Shown here: piece after piece, positions 25,554 to 33,262 of the stretch
How positions within the stretch are numbered: the first letter of the stretch is position 1
How the letters are laid out: each line of letters begins with the position of its first letter
Source: an uncultured Eubacteriales bacterium
GTDB lineage: Bacteria > Bacillota > Clostridia > Oscillospirales > Acutalibacteraceae
Direction: 5' to 3'
Assembly: GCA_964448455.1 (NCBI GenBank)
Contig: CAYUWQ010000001.1
Location: forward strand, 1-55,825
Length of the DNA: 55,825 bases
Notes under the pieces: model-generated
The model's database searches: none
The model's input: only the letters and a program-made list of their open reading frames with translations
Told to the model about the DNA's origin: nothing
Made by a program: the position numbers and the translations under genes

Positions 25554-27041
25554 CTATTTCGAGATACCGCCCCACAAATCCGTTTTTTTAGATCCGGTTA
25601 CTGCCAATACATCACCCAATTCGTCCGTCGGCAAAGCGTCAATACTTCCGTTCATTCGAAACAGTGCAATTGCTTTTTGAACAGCGTCATAACGCTTTTT
25701 GCTGATCTTGTTTGTTATTGCGAAGAAAAGACAGACAGACATGAGGATAACCGGGATAATAATGAACATCCATTTGATGCCAAATACAACATCGGTTTTC
25801 GCGTACGAGGCGGGATCAAAATCCGACGCGGTTGCCTTTAACAGGTTGTATTGGTTTTGATCAAAACCCAATGCTTTCAGACCGATACCCAACAGAAGAA
25901 TGGCCACCCCGCTTGAAGCTTTTCTCAAAAAAGTGGTTATTCCGCTGTATAAACCCTCTCTGCGTTTGCCGGTCATAACCTCATCAACATCATAAATATC
26001 GGTGAGCATAGACCAGGTGGACAAGTTGCCGGAAGATGACCCGACAGCTATCAGCATTGCGAATATGCAAAATATAAAGACGGGGGTGCCTTGGTTAGCC
26101 GGGATAAACGCGAGCATTGTTAAAATCCAAACCGGCAATCCGATATAAAGCGGGAATGCTTTGCCCTTGCTTTTCGCAAGCGCACCCATAACGGCCATCA
26201 GTCCCATAGAGCATACCAGTAAAATGCCGACTATCAGCTCATAGCTTTTATACTTCAAAACAACAACATCAATGTAGAAAATCAGCAGCGCAAGCATTAA
26301 GTCGATAGCGATTTGATACATTAGGAATATACCCAAGAAGTTAAGATAAGATTTGTTATTGAAAACAGATAGCCAGCCTTTCAGGGTCGTTTTTTCAGGT
26401 TCCGGCAGGTCTTTCTTTTCTTTTGTACCGAGAAATGTGAACAGCCAGCACAAGGCAAAAATGGCGCCAAGCAGTACCGCCATAACGAGGTACCCGGTTT
26501 TTTGTTGCGGTCCGTTGATGTCTCCCCCCATTGTTTTGATGATGATGCCGGGGATAACGGCGCAAAAGAGAGAAGCACCGCCCGAGAATATCATCCGGAC
26601 AGTCGTAAAACTCGTTCTTTCGTTATAATCGGATGTGATGTCCGAGAGAATGGCGTTGTACGGCACCATAACAATCGTAAACGCCGTACCGAAGAACATA
26701 TAGGCAAACATATGATAGATGATTTTTGCGGTCATATTTTCAATACCAAACGAATAAAACAGCATAATGAAAGAGAGGAAAACCGGGGCTATCCCAATCA
26801 GAAAAAAGAATCGTCTGCGTCCGAATTTCGAGCGGGTTTTATCGGATATTCTGCCGACAATCGGATCGGTTATTGCGTCCCAAAACTTGCCTGTCAGGAT
26901 GATCATTGTTGTAAAAATAATTGGCAGCCCTTCAACAAGAACCAGGAAGTTCATATACAGCAGGCTGAATACGAGGAACGCACCGCCCCCGTATACATCG
27001 CCGAAGCCGTAGCCGAGCTTTGCTTTTAGATTACTTTTCAT
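25554..27041 (-). CDS. Glycoside-pentoside-hexuronide (GPH):cation symporter family (MelB/YihO-like) transporter
   Basis: LGYGFGDVYGGGAFLVFSLLYMNFL...KFWDAITDPIVGRISDKTRSKFGRRRFFFLIG is the GPH N-terminal signature. About 12 TM segments are present. I prefer the ATG at 27041, which has AGAGAGGA 9 nt upstream. The track's GTG at 27092 would overlap the upstream stop codon. Confidence 0.85.
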   Translation of the reverse strand: MKSNLKAKLGYGFGDVYGGGAFLVFSLLYMNFLVLVEGLPIIFTTMIILTGKFWDAITDPIVGRISDKTRSKFGRRRFFFLIGIAPVFLSFIMLFYSFGIENMTAKIIYHMFAYMFFGTAFTIVMVPYNAILSDITSDYNERTSFTTVRMIFSGGASLFCAVIPGIIIKTMGGDINGPQQKTGYLVMAVLLGAIFALCWLFTFLGTKEKKDLPEPEKTTLKGWLSVFNNKSYLNFLGIFLMYQIAIDLMLALLIFYIDVVVLKYKSYELIVGILLVCSMGLMAVMGALAKSKGKAFPLYIGLPVWILTMLAFIPANQGTPVFIFCIFAMLIAVGSSSGNLSTWSMLTDIYDVDEVMTGKRREGLYSGITTFLRKASSGVAILLLGIGLKALGFDQNQYNLLKATASDFDPASYAKTDVVFGIKWMFIIIPVILMSVCLFFAITNKISKKRYDAVQKAIALFRMNGSIDALPTDELGDVLAVTGSKKTDLWGGISK

Positions 27042-27088
27042 GTCTGCAAATCCTCTCTTTTTTACTTGTTGCGATGAAAGACTTTTTG

Positions 27089-27994
27089 TCACTCGAAATT
27101 GCTTTGGATTGTTTTTACAAGCTGATCGTTTGCCGGGAAGTCAAAACAAATCCAACCGTATTTATTCCGCTTAAGTAAGGGATAAGTATTAAACTTTGAA
27201 TTAACATATTTAGAATTGAAGCGCGGGATAAACGGCATGCCGGCAGTACTCAGAAAATGAATCGCTATTGTGTTGTCCGCCGGAGCAAAATGATCAAGCG
27301 CAGGCTTAGCCGCTTTTTTCCATTTCTGCACAGGGTTCAACATGAAGCTGTCTTGAATAACGGCGTAGTATTCCAGGCTTTTGGGGTCTGTTACGGCAAC
27401 AAGACCGGGCAGAGGCAGTCCGTCTGAGGAAAGAGGAGAATCAAAACTGTTTGTAAAGTTTAACCCGGAATTACTGTCATTGAAAGAATGGCAAGACTTG
27501 CCTGTTGTGCAACGGCGCAATAATACCATTTTACCCCTGCATTCGTCTAAAACGGGGATTCTGTTTTCCAAAAACCAGCGTGAAACATTTTTTTCAATAA
27601 ACTGTTCATAGAATGCGGGGAAAAATTCATCAGTATTGTTGCCTCTGTCTGTTTTTACGGCAACTATAATGGTTTCGGATTGATATTGATCAAGGAAACT
27701 TACCATGTCATTGAAAATATCTTGAAAAAGCAGCAAGGGTGACCTTTTGCTTTTTGAAGTCCGGCAGTTTGCAATACCATGTACCGCATAGAATACGGAA
27801 TTCCGAAGCTCAAGTCTGATATCAAGAAATCTGATGCCGTTTTCAAGCTGTTGCCGGATGTTTGTATCCTGACATCTGCTGAACAGAGAAAGGGAGACAA
27901 ATTGTGTTGAACTGTCGTGCGTACCCGGCAGATTGATGAGCGATATCGGTACGGTTCCCGGAATCGACTTTTGCCAGTTTGTCACATCCATCAT
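27089..27994 (-). CDS. Phosphatidylinositol-specific phospholipase C X-domain (PI-PLC-like) protein without a signal peptide
   Basis: INLPGTHDSS (catalytic His), NGIRFLDIRLEL (Arg) and FYAVHGI (second His) follow the bacterial PI-PLC catalytic pattern. I placed the start at ATG 27994 or 27991, because the track's GTG at 28045 lies upstream of the predicted -10 element. Confidence 0.7.
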   Translation of the reverse strand: MMDVTNWQKSIPGTVPISLINLPGTHDSSTQFVSLSLFSRCQDTNIRQQLENGIRFLDIRLELRNSVFYAVHGIANCRTSKSKRSPLLLFQDIFNDMVSFLDQYQSETIIVAVKTDRGNNTDEFFPAFYEQFIEKNVSRWFLENRIPVLDECRGKMVLLRRCTTGKSCHSFNDSNSGLNFTNSFDSPLSSDGLPLPGLVAVTDPKSLEYYAVIQDSFMLNPVQKWKKAAKPALDHFAPADNTIAIHFLSTAGMPFIPRFNSKYVNSKFNTYPLLKRNKYGWICFDFPANDQLVKTIQSNFE

Positions 27995-28034
27995 ATTCCC
28001 CCAGAAATCTAATAGAATTTGTTTCTCAATAAAT

Positions 28035-28063
28035 AGTTTAAACACATTTCAACACGGTGTCAA
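28035..28063 (-). promoter_or_regulatory. Putative promoter for the PI-PLC-like/GPH pair (TTGACA, 17 nt spacer, TAAACT)
   Basis: On the minus strand, TTGACA is at 28063-28058 and TAAACT at 28040-28035. Confidence 0.45.
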
Positions 28064-28099
28064 ATTTTATATTTTATGTTAACCGCCACGCAAAAATTA

Positions 28100-28128
28100 T
28101 TGACTTTTTCGGATGCAAAGTATAAAAT
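28100..28128 (+). promoter_or_regulatory. Putative promoter for the TM2 gene (TTGACT, 17 nt spacer, TAAAAT)
   Basis: TTGACT is at 28100-28105 and TAAAAT at 28123-28128. It is divergent from the promoter above. Confidence 0.45.
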
Positions 28129-28196
28129 AAAGCAGATGACGAATAATATCAGTATCGGCAACCATATCTCGTCATATTATAAGGAGGAGGATATTC

Positions 28197-28589
28197 ATGT
28201 TTTGTAAGAATTGCGCCAACCCGCTTGATCCCGCGGCAGTTGTCTGTGTGAAGTGCGGATGCCCGAAGGGCCAGGGTGCCGCGTATTGCCACAATTGTGC
28301 CGCGCCAACACCGCCGGGTGCAGTAGTCTGCACAAATTGCGGAGCTCCTTTGGCTGCGCCTGTGCAAGGTGTGCAAAAGTCAAAAATGACAGCAGGGCTG
28401 TTGGGTATTTTCGTCGGTTCGATTGGCGTTCACAATTTCTATCTTGGTTTTACAAACAGAGCGATTCTGCAAATTGTATTGACCATCGTTACCTGCGGTG
28501 CTGCAGGGCTTTGGGGCTTTATTGAAGGGATTATGATTTTAACCGGTTCGATCAATAAAGATGCCAACGGCGTTCCTCTTGCTGATTAA
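28197..28589 (+). CDS. Double zinc-ribbon plus TM2-domain membrane protein
   Basis: AGGAGGAGGA RBS. There are four CxxC pairs: C3/C6, C17/C20, C31/C34 and C45/C48. These are followed by the TM2 pattern KSKMTAGLLGIFVGSIGVHNFYLGFTNRAILQIVLTIVTCGAAGLWGFIEGIMIL. Confidence 0.8.
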   Translation: MFCKNCANPLDPAAVVCVKCGCPKGQGAAYCHNCAAPTPPGAVVCTNCGAPLAAPVQGVQKSKMTAGLLGIFVGSIGVHNFYLGFTNRAILQIVLTIVTCGAAGLWGFIEGIMILTGSINKDANGVPLAD

Positions 28590-28604
28590 CCTTACAATAT
28601 GCTG

Positions 28605-28637
28605 AAAATCTCCCGGCCAAAAGGCCGGGAGATTTTT
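28605..28637. terminator. Bidirectional Rho-independent terminator
   Basis: aaaATCTCCCGGCC aaaa GGCCGGGAGATtttt gives an 11-bp perfect stem and a 4-nt loop, flanked by A- and T-runs. Confidence 0.85.
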
Positions 28638-28669
28638 GTCATACAGCGTCAAATATTTATAGTAACGGA

Positions 28670-29134
28670 CTATTCCACAAAGATTCTTTTTATAGCCGCA
28701 ACGGTGTTTTCCAAATCCGCTTTGACAACAAGCAATGATATATCGGTTTCGGAAGTGGTGATCATCCGTATATCGGTGTTGGCTGAAGATGCTGCCGCGA
28801 AAACCTTGGCTGCGACACCGGGTTTGCCGCGCATGGATTCGCCAAATAAGGATATCTTGCAGTTGCCGCTGCTCACATTAAGTTTAAGTTCCGGGTTCAG
28901 CTGCCTTAATGCCGCCGCGATTTCCAGTATTCTGCCGAAGTCATCATCGCCTACGGTAAAGGAAAGGCTCGAGTGCGCGCCGTTGGGGGGCGTTTGTGAT
29001 ATCATATCCACATCAATGCCGGCCTGCGATATCATTTCGAATATTTTTGAAATCAGTTTAATATCAGCAGGGGAGTCGCTCAGTGATATCAGCGTAACAT
29101 CCTCATTGACGGTTAATATTTCAATTGTATTCAT
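28670..29134 (-). CDS. Free-standing tandem ACT-domain protein (aspartokinase regulatory-domain-like)
   Basis: 154 aa with two ACT-like units: ...VTLISLSDSPADIKLISKIFEMISQAGIDVDMISQ... and ...KISLFGESMRGKPGVAAKVFAAASSANTDIRMITTSETDISLLV.... It is the last gene of the asd-dapA-dapB string. Confidence 0.7.
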   Translation of the reverse strand: MNTIEILTVNEDVTLISLSDSPADIKLISKIFEMISQAGIDVDMISQTPPNGAHSSLSFTVGDDDFGRILEIAAALRQLNPELKLNVSSGNCKISLFGESMRGKPGVAAKVFAAASSANTDIRMITTSETDISLLVVKADLENTVAAIKRIFVE

Positions 29135-29153
29135 TGATATTCCAACCTTTCTC

Positions 29154-29909
29154 CTATTCCGTGACTAAATCTTTCATCGCGTAAAGACCTGCCGGCTTGG
29201 TTTTGATAAAAACTGCCGCGTTTACCGCGCCGGCGGCAAAAATCTGTTTGCTCCGTGCGCTGTGGCTGATTGTTACGATTTCATCATGCCCCGCGAAGAT
29301 GATCTCGTGCTCACCGGTTATCGTGCCGCCGCGGACAGCGTGAATACCGATTTCATTTTTGCCGCGCGGGGCTCTTTTAGCATGCCTGTCATATTCATAA
29401 TCCGGTGCTTTTTCAAGTTCCGCGGATATGGCATTTGCAAGCATCAGCGCTGTACCGCTTGGCGCGTCGATTTTTTGATTGTGATGCTTTTCCACAATTT
29501 CGATATCAAAACTGCCGCCCAGTACGCGTGCCGCTTTCTCAGCGAGTTCGGTTATTAAACTGACGCCGATGGACATATTGGCACTAAAAAAAACCGGAAT
29601 TCTATCTGATGCGGTATGGATTAAATCAAGCTGATCCTGACCCAAACCGGTTGTTGCGATCACCGCGGGGGTTTGAGACCCCACTGCGTAACGCAACAGT
29701 GGTTCAACGGCTGACGGGTGTGAAAAATCAATGATCACATCCGCCTTGCCCGTGAATTCGGCGGCAGCAGCAAAAATCGGGAAACCGATGTTTGCGTCAG
29801 TGCTTAAATCAACGCCGGCGATAACTTGACAGTCGTCTCTCTTCGCCGCTAATTCCGTTACAACACGCCCCATTTTCCCTGTGCAGCCGCATAATAAAAT
29901 ATTTGTCAT
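29154..29909 (-). CDS. dapB: 4-hydroxy-tetrahydrodipicolinate reductase
   Basis: The N-terminus ILLCGCTGKMGRVV is a Rossmann fold. EIVEKHHNQKIDAPSGTA is the DapB signature E-x-HH-x-K-x-DAPSGTA. Confidence 0.9.
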   Translation of the reverse strand: MTNILLCGCTGKMGRVVTELAAKRDDCQVIAGVDLSTDANIGFPIFAAAAEFTGKADVIIDFSHPSAVEPLLRYAVGSQTPAVIATTGLGQDQLDLIHTASDRIPVFFSANMSIGVSLITELAEKAARVLGGSFDIEIVEKHHNQKIDAPSGTALMLANAISAELEKAPDYEYDRHAKRAPRGKNEIGIHAVRGGTITGEHEIIFAGHDEIVTISHSARSKQIFAAGAVNAAVFIKTKPAGLYAMKDLVTE

Positions 29910-29977
29910 AATAGATACATAGCCCTTCTATCGTATATAAACAGGCGCTCCCATTGATAATTAACGATTAATAGCTT

Positions 29978-30865
29978 TTAAATCAGTCCGTGCCTTTTGA
30001 GTGTGGCGGCAAGTGTCGCTCTGTTCTTGTCATTGAGCGCGACAAGCGGTAAACGGCATTCGCCTACCGGCCAGCCCATCATTTTCATTGCTTCCTTGAT
30101 ACAAATCGGATTAACATCGATAAACAAGTCGGTGCAGATATCAAAATATTTCAGCTGAAGCTCGGCGCTGCCCGCAGCGTCCCCTGCAAGATACTTCGCA
30201 GCCATATCGTGCGTTTCTTTGGGCAGAATATTCGCCAGAACGGAAATAACTCCTTTGGCACCCAGAGACATCAATGCCGTTATCTGGTCATCATTGCCGG
30301 AGTAAAACGGCATATCATCCCCGCAAAGGCTTACCATTTTTGCAATAGCGGATATGTCTCCGCTGGCTTCCTTGGTGCCGATAATCTTCGGGTTGCGGGA
30401 GAGCTCATAATAGGTTTCCGGTTTAATTGTCATACCGGTTCTGCCCGGCACATTGTACAATATGATTGGCGTGCTGACTCTGTCCGCAATAAAATTGTAA
30501 TGCGCGACCAGACCGTCCTGGGATGTTTTGTTATAGTAAGGTGTAACCAGTAAAAGCCCGTCGACACCGGCCGATTCCGCGTCATTGGAAAGCTTAATTG
30601 CATAGGCCGTTTCGTTGCTGCCGGTGCCGGCAATGACGGGAACCCTGCCGCCGACATATTCCACAGTATGCTTAATGGCCATAACATGTTCTTCGTCCGA
30701 AAGTGTGGAACTTTCGCCTGTTGTGCCGCAGATAACAATGGCATCCGTACCGTTTTCAATCTGAAAGTCGATGAGTTTTTCAAGCAGCGCATAATTCACT
30801 TGATCGTTATCATCAAAAGGTGTAACGATGGCAACACCCGAACCTGTAAATAAAACTTTTTTCAT
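29978..30865 (-). CDS. dapA: 4-hydroxy-tetrahydrodipicolinate synthase
   Basis: The motifs are GSGVAIVTPF, ICGTTGESSTLSDEEH, LLLVTPYYNK and YNVPGRTG, plus the catalytic Lys region IGTKEASGD. I set the start at MKKVLF (30865). Confidence 0.9.
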   Translation of the reverse strand: MKKVLFTGSGVAIVTPFDDNDQVNYALLEKLIDFQIENGTDAIVICGTTGESSTLSDEEHVMAIKHTVEYVGGRVPVIAGTGSNETAYAIKLSNDAESAGVDGLLLVTPYYNKTSQDGLVAHYNFIADRVSTPIILYNVPGRTGMTIKPETYYELSRNPKIIGTKEASGDISAIAKMVSLCGDDMPFYSGNDDQITALMSLGAKGVISVLANILPKETHDMAAKYLAGDAAGSAELQLKYFDICTDLFIDVNPICIKEAMKMMGWPVGECRLPLVALNDKNRATLAATLKRHGLI

Positions 30866-30934
30866 TATATTCCGTGTCCTTTCCTTTACACATAAAAACA
30901 AATCTTTTTCGAACCATCGGCCGCGGCAGTGCTT

Positions 30935-32014
30935 CTATTCCATATATCCCTGCGCACAAAGCTGCTCGGCCATCAGTACGGCACCGCCTGCGGCGCCCCT
31001 GAGCGTGTTGTGGGACAGACAAACAAATTTGTAATCGTACTGGTTGTCCTCTCTCAAACGACCAATTGAAACGGCCATGCCGTTTTCCAGGTCACGCTGC
31101 AGCTTGGTTTGCGGCATGTTGTCTTCGTAAAAATAATTGAGGAACTGTTTTGGGGCGCTGGGGAGCTCCAGTTCCTGCGATATTCCTTTAAACCCTTTCC
31201 AAATATCAATCATATCTTCTTTTGATGGTTTGTTCTCAAACCGTACAAACACAGCTGCGAGATGTCCGTTGGAAACTGGAACCCGGATGCACTGCGCCGT
31301 AAACGCGGGGGAGTCGGCACAAATTATCTCGCCATTTAGGGCTTTGCCCCAAATTTTTAAAGGCTCCCTTTCAGACTTTTCTTCCTCACCGCCGATAAAA
31401 GGAATCACATTATCAATCATTTCAGGCCAGGTGTCAAATGTTTTGCCGGCGCCGGATATAGCCTGGTAAGTGCAGACAAGAACATCTTTGATACCGAACC
31501 GGGACAGTGGATAAAGCGCCGGCACATAACTTTGCAGGGAACAATTTGATTTAACGGCGATGAAGCCGCGCTTTGTACCCAACCGTTTTCGCTGGAACGG
31601 GATTACCTGTGCGTGCTCGTCATTGAGCTCCGGTATCAGCATGGGGACATCGGGTGTGAAACGGTGCGCGCTGTTGTTGGATATCACCGGGCATTCAGCC
31701 TTCGCATAAGCCTCTTCAAGCGCTTTTATCTCGTCCTTTTTCATATCGACCGCGCAAAAAACAAAATCAACTGAAGCGGCTATTTTGGCGATATCCGCAG
31801 TCGCGTCCATCACAATTAAGTCTGCCATGTTTTTGGGCAGCTCTATTGGCATGCACCAGCGTCCGCCAACGGCGTCTTTGTATTTTAATCCGGCTGAACG
31901 GGGGCTGGCGGCCACAACCGCAACCTCAAACCACGGATGATGCTCAAGCAGCTGCGCAAATCGCTGCCCGACCATCCCGGTTGCCCCGATAATTCCGACT
32001 TTAAATTGTTTCAT
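30935..32014 (-). CDS. asd: Aspartate-semialdehyde dehydrogenase
   Basis: KVGIIGATGMVGQRF is the NADP-binding site. The active-site Cys context is VKSNCSLQ. The C-terminus is SHNTLRGAAGGAVL. I set the start at MKQFKV (32014), with AAGGA upstream. Confidence 0.9.
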   Translation of the reverse strand: MKQFKVGIIGATGMVGQRFAQLLEHHPWFEVAVVAASPRSAGLKYKDAVGGRWCMPIELPKNMADLIVMDATADIAKIAASVDFVFCAVDMKKDEIKALEEAYAKAECPVISNNSAHRFTPDVPMLIPELNDEHAQVIPFQRKRLGTKRGFIAVKSNCSLQSYVPALYPLSRFGIKDVLVCTYQAISGAGKTFDTWPEMIDNVIPFIGGEEEKSEREPLKIWGKALNGEIICADSPAFTAQCIRVPVSNGHLAAVFVRFENKPSKEDMIDIWKGFKGISQELELPSAPKQFLNYFYEDNMPQTKLQRDLENGMAVSIGRLREDNQYDYKFVCLSHNTLRGAAGGAVLMAEQLCAQGYME

Positions 32015-32183
32015 TTTTAATACCATCCTTGCATTTTATTGATAAATAACGGTTGTAATGCTCCGGTCGATGCAATATAATAAAAAAGCCAACTCGTTTG
32101 TCAAGATTGGCAAAATACTATAATCAATGAAATTATAACATTGTGTCTATATCAAGTCAAATATTTTTTCCAGAGGTTATTGC

Positions 32184-33215
32184 ATGAAAAAGAGCCTATT
32201 CCACTATGATTTGCCCAAAGAGTTAATTGCCCAGCACCCCGCGCAGCCCAGAAGCAGTTCAAGACTGTTAGCGGCAGACAGAAACAACGGCGAGATGTTT
32301 CACAAGGTGTTTTCCGACATAACCGGGCTGCTGAAATCCGGCGACTGTCTGATTCTCAACGATACACGAGTACTGCCTGCAAGGCTTTACGGCAATAAAG
32401 AGGATACCGGCGCGGAGGTCGAGTTTTTACTGTTGAATCAGCGGACGCCGGACACATGGGAAGCGTTAACGGGGCCTGGCAAACGCGCAAAAGAGGGTGC
32501 CCGCTTTATTTTCAATAAAGGACTGCTTCGCGCCGAAATCATACAAGTGCTTGAAGATGGCAACCGTTTGGTCAGGTTCGATTTTAAAGGCAGCTTTTAT
32601 GATGTGTTGGACAAAATCGGGGAAATGCCGCTGCCTCACTATATTACAGAGAAACTGACGGATAAGGAACGCTATCAGACGGTCTACGCCAGGGAATCCG
32701 GCAGTGCCGCCGCGCCGACCGCCGGGCTGCATTTCACACCGGAATTGCTAAAGGAAATTGAAGCTGCGGGCGTCAGCATCGGCTATGTGACACTGCATGT
32801 GGGGCTTGGTACATTCCGGCCTGTGAAGGCGGAAAATATTGAGGAGCATCTCATGCACGCGGAGCATTATTCATTGCCGGAAGAAACCGCGCGGATGATC
32901 AACAGGACAAAGCAAAACGGCGGGCGTGTAATTGCAGTCGGGACAACCTGCTGCCGCACGCTTGAATCGGTGATGGCTGAAAAAGGCGCTATATGCGCGC
33001 ATGAGGCATGGACGGATATCTTTATCTACCCCGGTTACCGGTTCCGGTGCGTCGATGCGTTGCTGACCAATTTTCACTTGCCGGAGAGCACACTGATTAT
33101 GCTGGTTTGCGCATTTTTCGGTATGGAAAAAACAATGAAGGCTTACGAAACGGCCGTAAATGAAAAATATCGTTTCTTTAGTTTCGGGGATGCAATGTTT
33201 ATCGCCGATTTGTAA
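32184..33215 (+). CDS. queA: S-adenosylmethionine:tRNA ribosyltransferase-isomerase
   Basis: The motifs are [26 protein letters not shown]...[25 protein letters not shown] and GTT..RTLES. Confidence 0.95.
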   Translation: MKKSLFHYDLPKELIAQHPAQPRSSSRLLAADRNNGEMFHKVFSDITGLLKSGDCLILNDTRVLPARLYGNKEDTGAEVEFLLLNQRTPDTWEALTGPGKRAKEGARFIFNKGLLRAEIIQVLEDGNRLVRFDFKGSFYDVLDKIGEMPLPHYITEKLTDKERYQTVYARESGSAAAPTAGLHFTPELLKEIEAAGVSIGYVTLHVGLGTFRPVKAENIEEHLMHAEHYSLPEETARMINRTKQNGGRVIAVGTTCCRTLESVMAEKGAICAHEAWTDIFIYPGYRFRCVDALLTNFHLPESTLIMLVCAFFGMEKTMKAYETAVNEKYRFFSFGDAMFIADL

Positions 33216-33262
33216 AAAAGTGCAAAATAAAATGAATTTAACAGGGGCGGGAGAACGGAGAT

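Noticed and set aside
25494-25841. A 115-aa plus-strand ORF and other internal ORFs (26353-27029) opposite the GPH transporter.
   Set aside because: The first starts inside the bidirectional terminator and runs antisense to the transporter 3' end. None has any motif.
19034-28063. Possible genomic island integrated at the tRNA-CAU/tRNA-Trp pair (frameshifted gene, fused GRE, accessory-type enzymes, AT-rich intergenic regions).
   Set aside because: There is no integrase, recombinase or transposase gene. I found no direct repeat of the tRNA-Trp 3' end (for example ttctgcccctgcca) near 28050-28200 or elsewhere in the block. I keep the accessory character as an impression, not as a mobile-element call.
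28599-29168. A 189-aa plus-strand ORF overlapping the ACT-domain gene.
   Set aside because: It is antisense to a gene with recognisable ACT repeats and operon context. It begins inside the terminator hairpin at 28605-28637. The translation is Ser/Ile-rich and low in complexity.
363-32183. ruvB and queA-tgt-yajC, which are adjacent in many Firmicutes, are separated here by about 32 kb, so this could be a large insertion.
   Set aside because: The intervening DNA is dominated by core genes (glmM, ecf-truA, a Clp ATPase, tRNAs, the dap operon). This looks like ordinary lineage-specific gene order, not an inserted element.
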